A DNA stretch of 64,000 nucleotides, taken from the NCBI GenBank assembly GCA_049852185.1, contig CP187540.1. One strand, given 5' to 3'. The notes under the pieces were generated by a model, which did no database searches, was not told where the DNA came from, and saw only the letters and a program-made list of their open reading frames with translations. The DNA comes from Methanocaldococcus sp. 28A. GTDB lineage: Archaea; AGJL01; Methanococci; Methanococcales; Methanocaldococcaceae. The translations under genes were made by a program, and so were the position numbers. Every line of letters begins with the position of its first letter. Within the stretch, counting starts at the first letter, position 1. Below are positions 41,417-53,639 of the stretch, piece by piece.

Positions 41417-42475
41417 ATGATATTTCATCCCAGACCTTCACCTATTGCCGCTGCCATGTATCAGCTTAGAGATTTGGGTGTTGATGCTATAATTTTACAT
41501 GGACCGAGTGGATGTTGCTTTAGAACTGCAAGATTATTAGAATTAGATGGAGTTAGGATATTTACAAGCAATATAGATGAAAATGCTATTGTTTTTGGAG
41601 CTTCAGAAAATTTAAGAAAAGCTTTAGACTATGCAATTGAATATTTAAAAAATGTAATAAAAAAAGAAAAACCAATGATTGGCATTGTTGGAACTTGTGC
41701 AAGTATGATTATTGGTGAAGATTTGTGGGAATTTGCAAATGATGAGAGGGCTATAATTATTCCAGTTGAAGTGCATAGTGGTAGTGGAGATAACACAATA
41801 GGAGCAATAAAAGCAATGGAATCTGCCTTAAAATTAGGAATAATTGATGAGAAAGAATTTGAGAGACAGAAATTTTTATTAAAAAAAGCTACAGAGGTTG
41901 AAAAAAAGAGGGGAATGGCAAAGAAAGAGTATATAAAACCAACATATGATGATGACTTAAATGAAGCTATAAAAGTTTTAAAGGATTTGAAAGAGAAGGA
42001 TAGAAAAATAGCTTGTGTATTAAATGCTAAGAAGGAAACTGCCTATTTATTTGCTCATCCTCTAATTGTTTTAAATAAGTATTTTAATTGTGTAAATATT
42101 GCTAACTTGGATGTAAATAAGGGGCTTCCAAAAATAAGAAGGGATGCAAAAAATTTATCAAATAGATTCAAAGCAGATTATATAACTGGAGGTTTAGATG
42201 AGTATCCAATAACTGGAGAAAAAGCTGTTGAAATATTAAAAGATTTGGATGTAGATGCTATTGTAGTTTCTGGAGTTCCTCACGCTCTGCCAGTTGAAGA
42301 GTTAGATAAAGAGGTAATAAAGATAGGAATTAGCGATGGTCCAAGAACCTATCATCCAATAAAAGAAATTTATGATTATGCAATTGTTGAGTTGGATGCT
42401 CATGCAAAGGTTTTAGGGAAAAGGGATATAGTTAAGTCAAGATTTGGTGAGATTTTAGATTACGCATTAGAATAA
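41417..42475 (+). CDS. cfbD: Ni-sirohydrochlorin a,c-diamide reductive cyclase catalytic subunit (F430 biosynthesis)
   Basis: HPRPSPI, HGPSGCCF, GTCASMIIGED, GGLDEY, GVPH, DGPR. Confidence 0.92.
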   Translation: MIFHPRPSPIAAAMYQLRDLGVDAIILHGPSGCCFRTARLLELDGVRIFTSNIDENAIVFGASENLRKALDYAIEYLKNVIKKEKPMIGIVGTCASMIIGEDLWEFANDERAIIIPVEVHSGSGDNTIGAIKAMESALKLGIIDEKEFERQKFLLKKATEVEKKRGMAKKEYIKPTYDDDLNEAIKVLKDLKEKDRKIACVLNAKKETAYLFAHPLIVLNKYFNCVNIANLDVNKGLPKIRRDAKNLSNRFKADYITGGLDEYPITGEKAVEILKDLDVDAIVVSGVPHALPVEELDKEVIKIGISDGPRTYHPIKEIYDYAIVELDAHAKVLGKRDIVKSRFGEILDYALE

Positions 42476-42543
42476 AGTTTTAAAAACTTCATGAAAATAT
42501 AACATTAATAAGACATAAACTGTGAGTAATTTGTGGTGAGATT

Positions 42544-45500
42544 ATGGAGAAACCATGGGTGGAAAAGTATAGACCAAAAACATTAGATGATATTGTAGGG
42601 CAGGATGAAATCGTAAAGAGATTAAAGAAATATGTTGAAAAAAAGAGTATGCCTCATCTTTTATTCAGCGGACCTCCAGGAGTTGGAAAATGCTTAACAG
42701 GAGATACAAAAGTTATAGTAAATGGGGAGATTAGAGAGATTAGAGAAGTTGTTGATGAAATAAGCAATGGAAGATTTGGAGCTACATTAACTGATAATAT
42801 AAAAGTTTTAGGAATTGATAAAGAAGGAAAAGTTAGAGAACTTAATGTGCATTATGTGTATAAAGATAAAACTAATGCTTTAATAAAAATAAAAACTAAG
42901 ATGGGAAGAGAATTAAAAGTAACAACCTACCACCCTCTACTAATAAACAACAAAAATGGAGATATAAAATGGGAAAAAGCAGAAAATCTAAAGGTTGGAG
43001 ATAGATTAGCAACACCAAGATACATTTTATTTGAAGAACATGATTATGATGAAGAATTAGCAGAATGGCTTGGATACTTTATAGGAGATGGACATGCAGA
43101 TAAAAACTCAAATGTTATAAAATTCACAAACAGCGATGAAAACCTTAGAAAGAGATTTGCTGAACTTACTGAAAAGTTGTTTAAAGATGCAAAAATAAAA
43201 GAGAGAATACACAAAGACAGGACTCCAGATATTTATGTTAATTCAAAAGAAGCTATAGCACTTATTGACAAACTTGGTTTAAGAGGAAAGAAAGCAGATA
43301 AAGTTAGAATTCCAAAAGAAATAATGAGAAGTAATGCATTAAAAGCATTTTTAAGAGCATACTTTGATTGCGATGGAGGGGTTGAGAAGAACTCAGTAGT
43401 TCTATCAACTGCAAGTAAGGAGATGGCAGAGGATTTAGTCTATGCTCTATTAAGGTTTAGAATAATTGCAAAATTAAGAGAAAAATTAAATAAAGATAAT
43501 AATAAAACATATTGTCACATTGTTATATCCAATTCTTCAAACTTAAAGGCATTCTTAGAAAATATTGGATTCAGCCAAGAGAGAAAACTTAAAAAGTTAT
43601 TAGAGATTATAAAAGATGAAAATCCAAACTTAGATGTTATAATTATTGACAAAGAGAAAATAAAATACATAAGAGATAAATTAAAAATTAAATTAACAAG
43701 AGACATTGAAAAAGATAATTGGAGCTATAATAAATGTAAAAAAATATCTCAAGAACTTTTAAAAGAAATATACTACAGATTAGAAGAGTTAAAAGAAATT
43801 GAAAAAGTATTAGAAGAGAGTATATTAATCGATTGGAAAGAAGTTGAAGAAAGAAGAAAAGAAATTGCAGAAAAAACTGGAATAAGAAGTGATAGAATTT
43901 TAGAGTATATTAAGGGCAAAAGAAAACCAAGTTTAAAGAATTATATAAAGATTGCCAAAGCCCTTAATAAGAATATTGAAAAAACTATTGATGCAATGAG
44001 AATCTTTGCTAAAAAGTATTCAAACTATGCAGAGATTGGAAAAATGCTTAATATGTGGAATTCAAGTGTAATAATTTACTTAGAAAGCAATACACAAGAA
44101 ATTGAAAAACTTGGAGAAATTAGAAAGGTTGAACTTAAACTTGTAAGAGATATCCTTAATGATGAGAAATTAATGGATAGCATTAGCTATGTGTTATTCT
44201 TAGCAACAAATGATATTTATTGGGATGAAATTGTTGAAATTGAGCAATTAAATGGAGATTTCATAATCTACGATTTACATGTCCCAAAATATCACAACTT
44301 TGTTGGAGGTAATTTACCAACTATATTGCACAATACAACCGCGGCTTTATGTTTAGCAAGGGATTTATTTGGAGAAAATTGGAGAGACAACTTTTTAGAG
44401 TTAAATGCCTCTGTTTCAAAAGATACTCCAATATTAGTTAAAATAGATGGAAAGATAAAGAGAACAACCTTTGAAGAACTTGATAAAATATACTTTGAAA
44501 CTGATGAGGAAAATGAGATGTATAAGAACGTTGATAACTTAGAGGTTTTAACCATTGATGAAAACTTTAAGGTTAAATGGAGAAAGGTTTCTACAATAAT
44601 TAGGCATAAAGTTGATAAAATCTTAAGAATTAAGTTTGAAGGAGGATATATAGAGCTAACTGGAAACCACTCAATTATGATGCTTGATGAAAATGGTTTA
44701 GTGGCAAAGAAGGCAAGTGATATAAAAGTTGGGGATTGTTTCTTAAGTTTTGTGGCAAATATTGAGGGCGAAAAAGATAAATTGAATCTAAAGGAGTTTG
44801 AACCAAAGGATATTACTTCAAGGGTTAAGGTAATTAATGACTTTGGAGTTGATGAGGATACTGCATGGATGCTTGGATTGTATGTTGCTGAGGGGGCTGT
44901 AGGATTTAGAAGAAAGACATCTGGGCAGGTTGTTTATACATTGGGTAGCCATGAGCATGAACTAATTAATAAATTAAATGATATTATTGATAAAAAAGGA
45001 TTTAGCAAATATGAAAATTTCACAGGTTCTGGATTTAACAGGAAAAGGTTATCTGCAAAGCAAATTAGAATATTAAATACACAACTTGCAAGATTCGTAG
45101 AAAAAAACTTCTATGGTGGAAATGGAAAAAAAGCAAGAAATAAAAGAATCCCAGATATTATATTTGAGTTAAAAGATAATTTAAGAGTTGAATTCTTAAA
45201 AGGATTGGCTGATGGAGATGGTAGTGGAAATTGGGAAAATGTTGTAAGAATATCATCCAAATCAAATGATTTATTAATCGATACTGTATGGCTTGCAAGA
45301 ATATCTGGCATTGAAAGTTCGATATTTGAAAATGAGGCAAGATTGATTCGGAAAGGGGGAATGTGGTGGAAGAAAAGCAACTTACTGCCTGCTGAACCAA
45401 TAATCAAAATAATTAAAAAGTTAGATAATAAGATAAATGGAAACTGGAAATACATATTGAGACATCAACTCTATGAAAATAAAAAGAGAGTTTCAAAGGA

Positions 45501-46446
45501 TAAAATTAAGCAAATTTTAGAACTGGTTGATATTGAGAAATTATCAGAGGACGAGAAAAAAGCTTATGATTTATTGAAAAAGCTATCTGAAACTGAGTTG
45601 CATGCATTGGTTGTTAAGGAGATTGAAATTATTGATTACAATGACTTTGTTTATGATGTCTCAGTTCCAAACAATGAAATGTTCTTTGCTGGAAATGTTC
45701 CGATATTATTGCATAATTCAGATGAAAGAGGGATAGATGTTATTAGAACAAAAGTAAAAGATTTTGCAAGAACTAAACCTATTGGAGATGTTCCATTTAA
45801 AATTATATTCTTAGATGAGAGTGATGCATTAACTGCAGATGCTCAAAACGCTTTAAGAAGAACTATGGAGAAGTATTCAGATGTAGCTCGTTTCATACTC
45901 TCTTGCAACTATCCGAGCAAAATTATTCCACCAATCCAATCAAGATGCGCTATCTTTAGATTTTCACCATTAAAGAAGGAAGATATTGCCAAAAAATTAA
46001 AAGAAATTGCTGAAAAGGAGGGATTAAACTTAACTGAAAGTGGTTTAGAGGCAATTATTTATGTCTCTGAAGGAGATATGAGAAAGGCAATAAATGTTTT
46101 ACAAACAGCAGCAGCTTTAAGTGATGTTATAGACGATGAGATTGTTTATAAAGTCTCATCAAGAGCAAGACCTGAGGAAGTTAAGAAAATGATGCAATTG
46201 GCTTTAGATGGAAAGTTTATTGAAGCGAGAGATTTATTATATAAACTTATGGTTGAGTGGGGAATGAGTGGAGAAGATATTTTAAACCAGATGTTTAGAG
46301 AAATAAATAACTTGGATATTGATGAGAGAAAGAAGGTCGAGTTAGCAGATGCTATTGGTGAAACTGACTTTAGAATAGTTGAAGGAGCTAACGAAAGAAT
46401 ACAATTGAGTGCTTTGTTGGCTAAGATGGCGTTAATGGGAAAATAA
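42544..46446 (+). CDS. rfcS: Replication factor C small subunit precursor with two inteins (316-aa extein)
   Basis: PWVEKYRP, GPPGVGK/TTAA, ELNA/SDERG, LDESD, QSRC. Confidence 0.96.
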   Translation: MEKPWVEKYRPKTLDDIVGQDEIVKRLKKYVEKKSMPHLLFSGPPGVGKCLTGDTKVIVNGEIREIREVVDEISNGRFGATLTDNIKVLGIDKEGKVRELNVHYVYKDKTNALIKIKTKMGRELKVTTYHPLLINNKNGDIKWEKAENLKVGDRLATPRYILFEEHDYDEELAEWLGYFIGDGHADKNSNVIKFTNSDENLRKRFAELTEKLFKDAKIKERIHKDRTPDIYVNSKEAIALIDKLGLRGKKADKVRIPKEIMRSNALKAFLRAYFDCDGGVEKNSVVLSTASKEMAEDLVYALLRFRIIAKLREKLNKDNNKTYCHIVISNSSNLKAFLENIGFSQERKLKKLLEIIKDENPNLDVIIIDKEKIKYIRDKLKIKLTRDIEKDNWSYNKCKKISQELLKEIYYRLEELKEIEKVLEESILIDWKEVEERRKEIAEKTGIRSDRILEYIKGKRKPSLKNYIKIAKALNKNIEKTIDAMRIFAKKYSNYAEIGKMLNMWNSSVIIYLESNTQEIEKLGEIRKVELKLVRDILNDEKLMDSISYVLFLATNDIYWDEIVEIEQLNGDFIIYDLHVPKYHNFVGGNLPTILHNTTAALCLARDLFGENWRDNFLELNASVSKDTPILVKIDGKIKRTTFEELDKIYFETDEENEMYKNVDNLEVLTIDENFKVKWRKVSTIIRHKVDKILRIKFEGGYIELTGNHSIMMLDENGLVAKKASDIKVGDCFLSFVANIEGEKDKLNLKEFEPKDITSRVKVINDFGVDEDTAWMLGLYVAEGAVGFRRKTSGQVVYTLGSHEHELINKLNDIIDKKGFSKYENFTGSGFNRKRLSAKQIRILNTQLARFVEKNFYGGNGKKARNKRIPDIIFELKDNLRVEFLKGLADGDGSGNWENVVRISSKSNDLLIDTVWLARISGIESSIFENEARLIRKGGMWWKKSNLLPAEPIIKIIKKLDNKINGNWKYILRHQLYENKKRVSKDKIKQILELVDIEKLSEDEKKAYDLLKKLSETELHALVVKEIEIIDYNDFVYDVSVPNNEMFFAGNVPILLHNSDERGIDVIRTKVKDFARTKPIGDVPFKIIFLDESDALTADAQNALRRTMEKYSDVARFILSCNYPSKIIPPIQSRCAIFRFSPLKKEDIAKKLKEIAEKEGLNLTESGLEAIIYVSEGDMRKAINVLQTAAALSDVIDDEIVYKVSSRARPEEVKKMMQLALDGKFIEARDLLYKLMVEWGMSGEDILNQMFREINNLDIDERKKVELADAIGETDFRIVEGANERIQLSALLAKMALMGK
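42691..44334 (+). mobile_element. Intein 1 (548 aa, LAGLIDADG endonuclease with an HTH insert) in the Walker A motif
   Basis: C1 start CLTGDT, block B TTYHP, LGYFIGDG and LRAYFDCDG, ends LHN/T. Confidence 0.95.
44410..45717 (+). mobile_element. Intein 2 (436 aa, Ser1, LAGLIDADG)
   Basis: SVSKDT start, TGNH, LGLYVAEG and LKGLADGDG, ends LHN/S. Confidence 0.95.
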
Positions 46447-46560
46447 AAATTTAATTTAGTTAAATTAAATTTAACTCCTCTTTTTCATGAATAATTTTAT
46501 TATTTCATTATAAACCTCTTCAACTAAGCTATTTTGGAATATAAAAAGTAGGAGATAGTT

Positions 46561-47886
46561 ATGAAAAGAATTGTGCTTGCTGGAACATCAAGTGAAGTCG
46601 GAAAAACAGTTATTTCTACTGGAATTATGAAAGCTCTATCAAAAAAATACAATGTTCAAGGCTATAAGGTAGGGCCGGATTATATAGACCCAACTTATCA
46701 TACAATTGCCACTGGAAATAAATCAAGGAATCTTGACTCATTTTTTATGAATAAGGAACAAATAAAATATCTCTTCCAAAAACATTCTAAAGATAAAGAT
46801 ATAAGCGTAATTGAAGGAGTTAGGGGACTTTATGAGGGAATATCTGCAATAGAAGATGTTGGAAGTACTGCAAGTGTAGCTAAAGCTTTAGAAAGCCCCA
46901 TAATTCTGCTTGTAAATGCAAAGAGCTTAACAAGAAGTGCAATAGCAATGATAAAAGGTTTTATGAGTTTTGATAATGTGAAAATTAAAGGTGTTATTTT
47001 CAATTTTGTTAGAAGTGAAAAGCATATAAAGAAATTAAAAGAGGCTATGAGCTATTATTTACCAAATGTTGAGATAATTGGCTTTATTCCAAGGAATGAA
47101 AATTTCAAAGTTGAAGGAAGGCATCTTGGTTTAATTCCAACACCAGAAAATTTAGAGGAGATAAAGAATAAGGTTGAATTATGGGGAGAATTAGTTGAGA
47201 AGTACTTAGATTTAGATAAAATTGTGGAAATTGCTGATGAGGATTTTGAAGAGATTGATGATGTCTTTTTATGGGAAGTTAATGAAAATTACAAAAAAAT
47301 AGCTGTTGCTTATGATGAAGCATTTAACTTTTACTATTGGGATAACTTTGATGCCTTAAAAGAAAATAAAGCTAAAATAGAATTTTTTAGCCCATTAAAA
47401 GATAGTGAGGTTCCAGATGCAGATATTTTGTATATTGGTGGAGGGTATCCAGAACTCTTTAAAGAAGAGTTAAGCAAAAATAAAGAAATTATTGAGAGTA
47501 TTAGGGAATTTGATGGCTACATTTATGGAGAGTGTGGAGGTTTGATGTATTTAACAAAATCTATAGATGGAGTTCCAATGGTTGGCTTGTTGAACTGCTC
47601 TGCAGTTATGACAAAGCATGTTCAAGGGCTTAGTTATGTTAAAGCTGAATTTTTAGAAAATTGCTTAATTGGAAGAGAAAGATTAAAGTTTAAAGGGCAT
47701 GAATTCCATTATTCAAAGCTTGTCAATATAAAAGAAGAGAGATTTGCTTATAAAATAGAGAGGGGGAGAGGTATTGTTAATAACTTAGATGGAATTTTTA
47801 ATGGGAAAGTTTTAGCTGGTTATTTACATAATCATGCAGTAGCCAATCCTTATTTTGCTTCATCTATGGTTAATTTTGAAGAATAA
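46561..47886 (+). CDS. cbiA: Cobyrinate / Ni-sirohydrochlorin a,c-diamide synthase (CbiA/CfbB)
   Basis: [45 protein letters not shown]. Confidence 0.9.
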   Translation: MKRIVLAGTSSEVGKTVISTGIMKALSKKYNVQGYKVGPDYIDPTYHTIATGNKSRNLDSFFMNKEQIKYLFQKHSKDKDISVIEGVRGLYEGISAIEDVGSTASVAKALESPIILLVNAKSLTRSAIAMIKGFMSFDNVKIKGVIFNFVRSEKHIKKLKEAMSYYLPNVEIIGFIPRNENFKVEGRHLGLIPTPENLEEIKNKVELWGELVEKYLDLDKIVEIADEDFEEIDDVFLWEVNENYKKIAVAYDEAFNFYYWDNFDALKENKAKIEFFSPLKDSEVPDADILYIGGGYPELFKEELSKNKEIIESIREFDGYIYGECGGLMYLTKSIDGVPMVGLLNCSAVMTKHVQGLSYVKAEFLENCLIGRERLKFKGHEFHYSKLVNIKEERFAYKIERGRGIVNNLDGIFNGKVLAGYLHNHAVANPYFASSMVNFEE

Positions 47887-47892
47887 TTCACA

Positions 47893-48045
47893 TAGGACTT
47901 TCGCAACTGTTATTTATAATTTATACTCATATATAAACCTTCAGGTAATGAAAATCTATAAATGTGTATATTTGTCTATGAAAAATTAATCTGTTTCAAA
48001 CGGCTATTGTTAATCTAAGTATCCAATGTATTTGCGAAAGTCCTA
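47893..48045. mobile_element. MITE-like element, family B (long form)
   Basis: Perfect 14-bp TIRs TAGGACTTTCGCAA / TTGCGAAAGTCCTA. Confidence 0.85.
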
Positions 48046-48189
48046 GATAATAATTTTATTAAATTTATCTTTTCATCTTAATATTCCACTATTTTATAAA
48101 AAATTATTTTTACATTATAATATAAAAATTTAGTAATTTTATAATATCCGCAAAAATTTTATACCTCAAATATTGTATTTTTATATATT

Positions 48190-48262
<73 letters not shown>

Positions 48263-48365
48263 CTATTTATTGTAGATATTCTTATTTCATTCATTTTTAT
48301 TTAGTTTTTGAATCTTCTTTTTTTTAGTTAATGTTTAATCATAATTATAATTTTGAGGTGTTTTT

Positions 48366-49556
48366 ATGAAACTCAGAATGAAGCCAGAGGATTTTATCGT
48401 TGAAGAAATTATCGATTTTGATAAAATATCTGGAGATAAATGTTACTTATACAAATTAACAAAAAGAAATATAGAGAGTTTAAAAGCCTTCTCCTATATA
48501 TCAAAAAAATTTAAAATTCCATTAAAAGATATTGGCTACTGTGGATTGAAAGATAGGCATGCTTTAACATCTCAATATATATCCATACCAAAAAAATATG
48601 GGAAACTAAGCTTAGACGAACCAAATTTAAAATTAAAGTTAGTTGGAGAATCAAAATTTTTATTATTAGGGGATTTGGAGGGGAATAAATTTACAATAAC
48701 AGTTAGGGGTTTAAAAAAGGATGATATTCCAAAGATTAAAGAAAATTTAAAATATTTACACTATGGAGCTCCAAATTATTTTGATAGTCAGAGATTTGGT
48801 AGTGTTTATGACAAAGAATTTATTGCTAAAGAAGTAATAAAGGGCAACTACGAAGAAGCTGTAAAAATATTGCTAACAAAATACAAAAAATCTGAAAAGA
48901 AAATAATAAAAGATTTAAAGAGATTTATAGCCAAAAACTGGGGAGATTGGGACAAGGTTTGGAAGTATATTAAAGAAAATAATATAAAGGCAAGATTATA
49001 TGTAAATATGGTTAAAGAACTTAAAAAAAGTAATGATTACAAAAAAGCTTTAAGCTATGTTGATGATAGATTGAAGAAAATTTTTGTTGCTGCCTATCAA
49101 AGCTATCTATGGAATGAATGTGTAAAAGAGTTATTAAATAAATATATCCCAGAAAAAGATAGAGTTTATTACGAATATGAATGTGGAACTTTTATGTTTT
49201 ACAAAAAAATGGATGATGAGATTTTTAATATCTTGAGGAGTAAAAAGTTTCCAACAATAGCACCAGATGTTGAATATCATGGAGAAGAAAAAGAAATTAT
49301 TGACAAAGTTTTAAAAAAAGAAGGAATTTCAATGGAAGAGTTAAATAACATTGGAGATTTAGGAAGATTTATATACAGTGAAAGGGAGATAATATTGATT
49401 CCAAAAAATTTAAAAATTGGAGAATTTGAAGAGGATGAGTTAAATAAAGGAAAATATAAAATAACTTTAAGTTATGAATTAGAGAAAGGAAGTTATGCAA
49501 CAATTATAATAAAGAGGGCTTTCTTGGGAGTAAAAACTAAAAAAAGAAAGAGATAA
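48366..49556 (+). CDS. truD: tRNA pseudouridine synthase TruD
   Basis: PEDFIVEE, GLKDRHALTSQ, GN.FTI, PNYFDSQRFG, AYQSYLWN, GSYAT. Confidence 0.93.
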   Translation: MKLRMKPEDFIVEEIIDFDKISGDKCYLYKLTKRNIESLKAFSYISKKFKIPLKDIGYCGLKDRHALTSQYISIPKKYGKLSLDEPNLKLKLVGESKFLLLGDLEGNKFTITVRGLKKDDIPKIKENLKYLHYGAPNYFDSQRFGSVYDKEFIAKEVIKGNYEEAVKILLTKYKKSEKKIIKDLKRFIAKNWGDWDKVWKYIKENNIKARLYVNMVKELKKSNDYKKALSYVDDRLKKIFVAAYQSYLWNECVKELLNKYIPEKDRVYYEYECGTFMFYKKMDDEIFNILRSKKFPTIAPDVEYHGEEKEIIDKVLKKEGISMEELNNIGDLGRFIYSEREIILIPKNLKIGEFEEDELNKGKYKITLSYELEKGSYATIIIKRAFLGVKTKKRKR

Positions 49557-49561
49557 AATTA

Positions 49562-49672
49562 AATAGGACTTTCGCAGAATAAATATTTTATTAAATATAG
49601 TTACCTTTAAGTGTCTAAATTCCAAAAATTAATATATTAAGAATTAATATATAAAGCTGCGAAAGTGCTATT
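49562..49672. mobile_element. MITE-like element, family B
   Basis: AATAGGACTTTCGCAG ... CTGCGAAAGTGCTATT. Confidence 0.82.
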
Positions 49673-49680
49673 ATATCTAA

Positions 49681-50883
49681 ATGGTGATTATTTTGAAACA
49701 TGTTAAAATATTTAATGGAGTTAATGAATGCGATATCTATTTAATTGGAACTGCCCATGTTTCAGAAGATAGTGTTGAAGAAGTTGAAAAGATTATATCA
49801 TCTATTTCTCCAGATGGAATTGCTGTAGAGCTTGATGATAAAAGATTTTTTTCATTAATGTCAGCTAACGATGAGAGAAGAGTGGATTTAAAAAAAGTTT
49901 TAAAAGAAGGAAATTTCATAAGATTTTTCATATATTTGATTTTAGCTAATTCTCAAAAAAAGATAGGGGAAAGTTTTGGAATAAAACCAGGTAGTGAGAT
50001 GAAAAAAGCTATAGAATTAGCAAGTTTATATGGACTTCCTATATATCTGATTGATAGGAATATAGATATAACTTTATCAAGATTAATGGATAAAATGAGT
50101 TTTAAAGAAAAAATAAAGATTCTTTGGGAGTTATTAAATTCTAATGAAGAAGATTTAGAAATGAATGATGATTTATTAAAAGATATGGTTAAAAATCCTG
50201 AAAAATTTACAAAAATGTTGAGAGAGATATCTCCAACAATATATGAAGTTTTAGTGGATGAGAGAGATAGATTTATGGCTAAAAGATTATTTGAACTTAG
50301 TAAAGGTAGAAATTCAATAGTTGCTGTGGTTGGAGCAGGGCATGTTGAAGGAATTGTGAGATATTTAAAACAGCTTGAAAATGGTGAAGATATTGATTTA
50401 ATGGAATTAATAAGAGTAAAAAAGAGAAAAAAATCACTAACAAAGCTTTTAACTTATGGTATTTCATTGGCAATAATTGTTATCTTTTTATATGTTGTGT
50501 ATTATGCATTAATTAATCCTGAATTGTTAGAGATGATAACCTTTCAATGGATACTATTTACTGGAGGTTTATCGGCTTTAGGAGTTATATTAGCGAGAGG
50601 TAAGTTGATAACTGCATTAATTGCCTTTCTTTCAGCTCCTATAACTACACTAATTCCTTTACCATTAGCGGCTGTAGGAACAATAGCAGGACTTGTAGAG
50701 TTAAAATATAGAGAAATAACAGATAAAGATTTAGTGGGAATAATAAATGCCGAATCAATTAAAGAGCTTTTAAACAACAATTTATTTAGAGTTTTGTTAG
50801 TGGTAACATTATCAAATATAGGGGCATCAATTGGTATGTTCTATTGCTTAGGAAAGTTTATAGGTTTTTGCAAAATCTTTTAG
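49681..50883 (+). CDS. TraB/PrgY (TIKI) family membrane protein
   Basis: LIGTAHVS, VELD, PGSEM, LIDR, LVDERD, VVGAGH; C-terminal TM segments. Confidence 0.9.
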   Translation: MVIILKHVKIFNGVNECDIYLIGTAHVSEDSVEEVEKIISSISPDGIAVELDDKRFFSLMSANDERRVDLKKVLKEGNFIRFFIYLILANSQKKIGESFGIKPGSEMKKAIELASLYGLPIYLIDRNIDITLSRLMDKMSFKEKIKILWELLNSNEEDLEMNDDLLKDMVKNPEKFTKMLREISPTIYEVLVDERDRFMAKRLFELSKGRNSIVAVVGAGHVEGIVRYLKQLENGEDIDLMELIRVKKRKKSLTKLLTYGISLAIIVIFLYVVYYALINPELLEMITFQWILFTGGLSALGVILARGKLITALIAFLSAPITTLIPLPLAAVGTIAGLVELKYREITDKDLVGIINAESIKELLNNNLFRVLLVVTLSNIGASIGMFYCLGKFIGFCKIF

Positions 50884-50905
50884 GATAAATTTGCAAAAAC
50901 TTATA
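50859..50905. terminator. 16-bp inverted repeat between convergent traB and prs
   Basis: TATAGGTTTTTGCAAA / TTTGCAAAAACTTATA (one mismatch); terminator role not shown. Confidence 0.35.
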
Positions 50906-50919
50906 GTGGATTTTTATTA

Positions 50920-51774
<855 letters not shown>

Positions 51775-51793
51775 TTATATCACCTTTTTAATT

Positions 51794-52690
51794 TTAGTGT
51801 TTTATTTCTACTTCATTCCTAAACTCTAAACCTACTTTATCTCCAACATTTAAATCTTTTTCAGTGAAAGCTTTAATGATGTAACCATTATATTTAACAA
51901 ACACCTTTTTATATTTTCCATAATCTATGATATTTACAACCTCTCCTTCATTTCCATGTTTGATAATTACATCCTCTGGAGCTATTGCCTTATCGTCTAT
52001 AATATTAAATCCTAAAAACTCAGCTACTTTTTTATTCTTAGGTTTTTTTAATATCTCCTTAGCTCCAAAAGCTATTAATTCTCCATTAATAAATATTCCT
52101 ATTTTTTCTCCCAATGTTCTTGCTTCAGCCAAATCATGAGTTATGTGTAAAACAGGTATATGTTTTATCTTTTTTAACTCAGAGATAATGCTTTCTTTAA
52201 TTTTGATATCTACAGCAGATGTAGGTTCATCTAAAAGTAAAATAGAAGGATTTAAAATTAAAGCCCTTGCTAAGGCTACTCTCTGCTGCTCTCCTCCACT
52301 CAAAGTTTTAACATTCCTATCCAATAAATGGGAAATATTTAAAAACTCAGCTATTTCCTTAACTTTTCTATCAATCTCCAATTTATTAACTTTTTTTATT
52401 ATCAACCCATAGGCAATGTTTTTATAAACATTCTTGTTTGGAAATAATGCATAGTTTTGAGGAACATAGCCAACATTTCTTTTTTCTGGAGGTAAATTTG
52501 TAATATCTCTCCCATTTAATAAAATTCTACCAGAGTCAGGTTTTAGTATCCCAGCTATACATTTTATTAAGACAGATTTTCCTGCTCCACTTGGACCGAG
52601 AATTACACAATACTCTTTATCCATTTCAAAGGAAACGTTTTTTAATCTAAAATCCTTCCAACTTTTTGATAAATTTTCTACTTTAAGCAT
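51794..52690 (-). CDS. wtpC: Tungstate/molybdate ABC transporter ATPase
   Basis: GPSGAGKS, VPQNYALFP, LSGGEQQR, LLDEP, ITHD. Confidence 0.82.
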   Translation of the reverse strand: MLKVENLSKSWKDFRLKNVSFEMDKEYCVILGPSGAGKSVLIKCIAGILKPDSGRILLNGRDITNLPPEKRNVGYVPQNYALFPNKNVYKNIAYGLIIKKVNKLEIDRKVKEIAEFLNISHLLDRNVKTLSGGEQQRVALARALILNPSILLLDEPTSAVDIKIKESIISELKKIKHIPVLHITHDLAEARTLGEKIGIFINGELIAFGAKEILKKPKNKKVAEFLGFNIIDDKAIAPEDVIIKHGNEGEVVNIIDYGKYKKVFVKYNGYIIKAFTEKDLNVGDKVGLEFRNEVEIKH

Positions 52691-53441
52691 TATTTCCCCT
52701 TTTTATATTTCCAATAATTCTTAACACTGCAAATAATGCTATACTAATCAAAATCATTCCAACTGATATTGGTTTTGAAGCTCCTAAACCAAAATTCATA
52801 AATCTCTCTAGTATTAAAACTGGGACGGTTTTTGGATAATAAGCAATTATCAATATTGCCCCAACTTCACTAATTCCTCTTGCAAAGCTTAAAATAATCC
52901 CTGAGATGATATTATTCTTTATTAATGGTAGGGATATTTCAAAAAACGTCCTTATCTTTGAAGCTCCTAAGGTTCTTGATACATACTCAATTTCTTCATC
53001 AACACTCAAAAATCCATCTCTTATGCTATTAATCATAAATGGAATTCCTACAAATAAATAAACAACTACTATTCCCCAGAAGTTATCAACTATATATCTA
53101 CCAATAAATTTTATAACATCAATACCGTAAATGAAAGATAAAATAATTATTCCAATAACACTGTGAGGTATAGCCATTGGTAAGTCTAACACTGCCTCAA
53201 GAAAACTTTTAAATTTAAAATTATATCTTGCCAAAATATATCCAGAAGGTATTCCAAAAATTAGTGCTATTATAGTAGCAACAGCTCCAGCTAATAGTGT
53301 AGTTTTAAACGCCTCTACAACCTCTTTATCCAATAATAAGCTCAAATCTCCGAGATTTGATAACATATAAATTATAGGCAGAAATATGAACAAGAATATC
53401 ATTATCAAAAACATAGTCATTACAATATCAAACTTTTCCAT
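52683..53441 (-). CDS. wtpB: Tungstate/molybdate ABC transporter permease
   Basis: DLPMAIPHSVIG, EAA loop SRTLGAS, FARGISEVGA, AYYP. Confidence 0.82.
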   Translation of the reverse strand: MEKFDIVMTMFLIMIFLFIFLPIIYMLSNLGDLSLLLDKEVVEAFKTTLLAGAVATIIALIFGIPSGYILARYNFKFKSFLEAVLDLPMAIPHSVIGIIILSFIYGIDVIKFIGRYIVDNFWGIVVVYLFVGIPFMINSIRDGFLSVDEEIEYVSRTLGASKIRTFFEISLPLIKNNIISGIILSFARGISEVGAILIIAYYPKTVPVLILERFMNFGLGASKPISVGMILISIALFAVLRIIGNIKRGNNA

Positions 53442-53558
53442 ATGAATCCCATTAAATAATAGTTGTTAATTAGTTTAATAATATATTTCATCATAATTAT
53501 TATTTTTACTATTTATGTTTTTGTTAATCGTATTTATTTAACATTTTTATGTGGTTGA

Positions 53559-53620
53559 GGTTGTCAAGATAAGGATAGGTGCCAGTTATATAGGGCGGGT
53601 AAAGATTCGAGTCAGCTAAC
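53559..53620. mobile_element. Solitary IS6-type end
   Basis: GGTTGTCAAGATAAG followed by degenerate subterminal sequence resembling the 12814 element. Confidence 0.6.
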
Positions 53621-53639
53621 CTTTCTTAACAATATTAAT

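Noticed and set aside
51794-53441. wtpBC without a binding-protein gene as a sign of IS-mediated loss
   Set aside because: As recalled, wtpA is unlinked in Methanocaldococcus, so its absence here is not informative.
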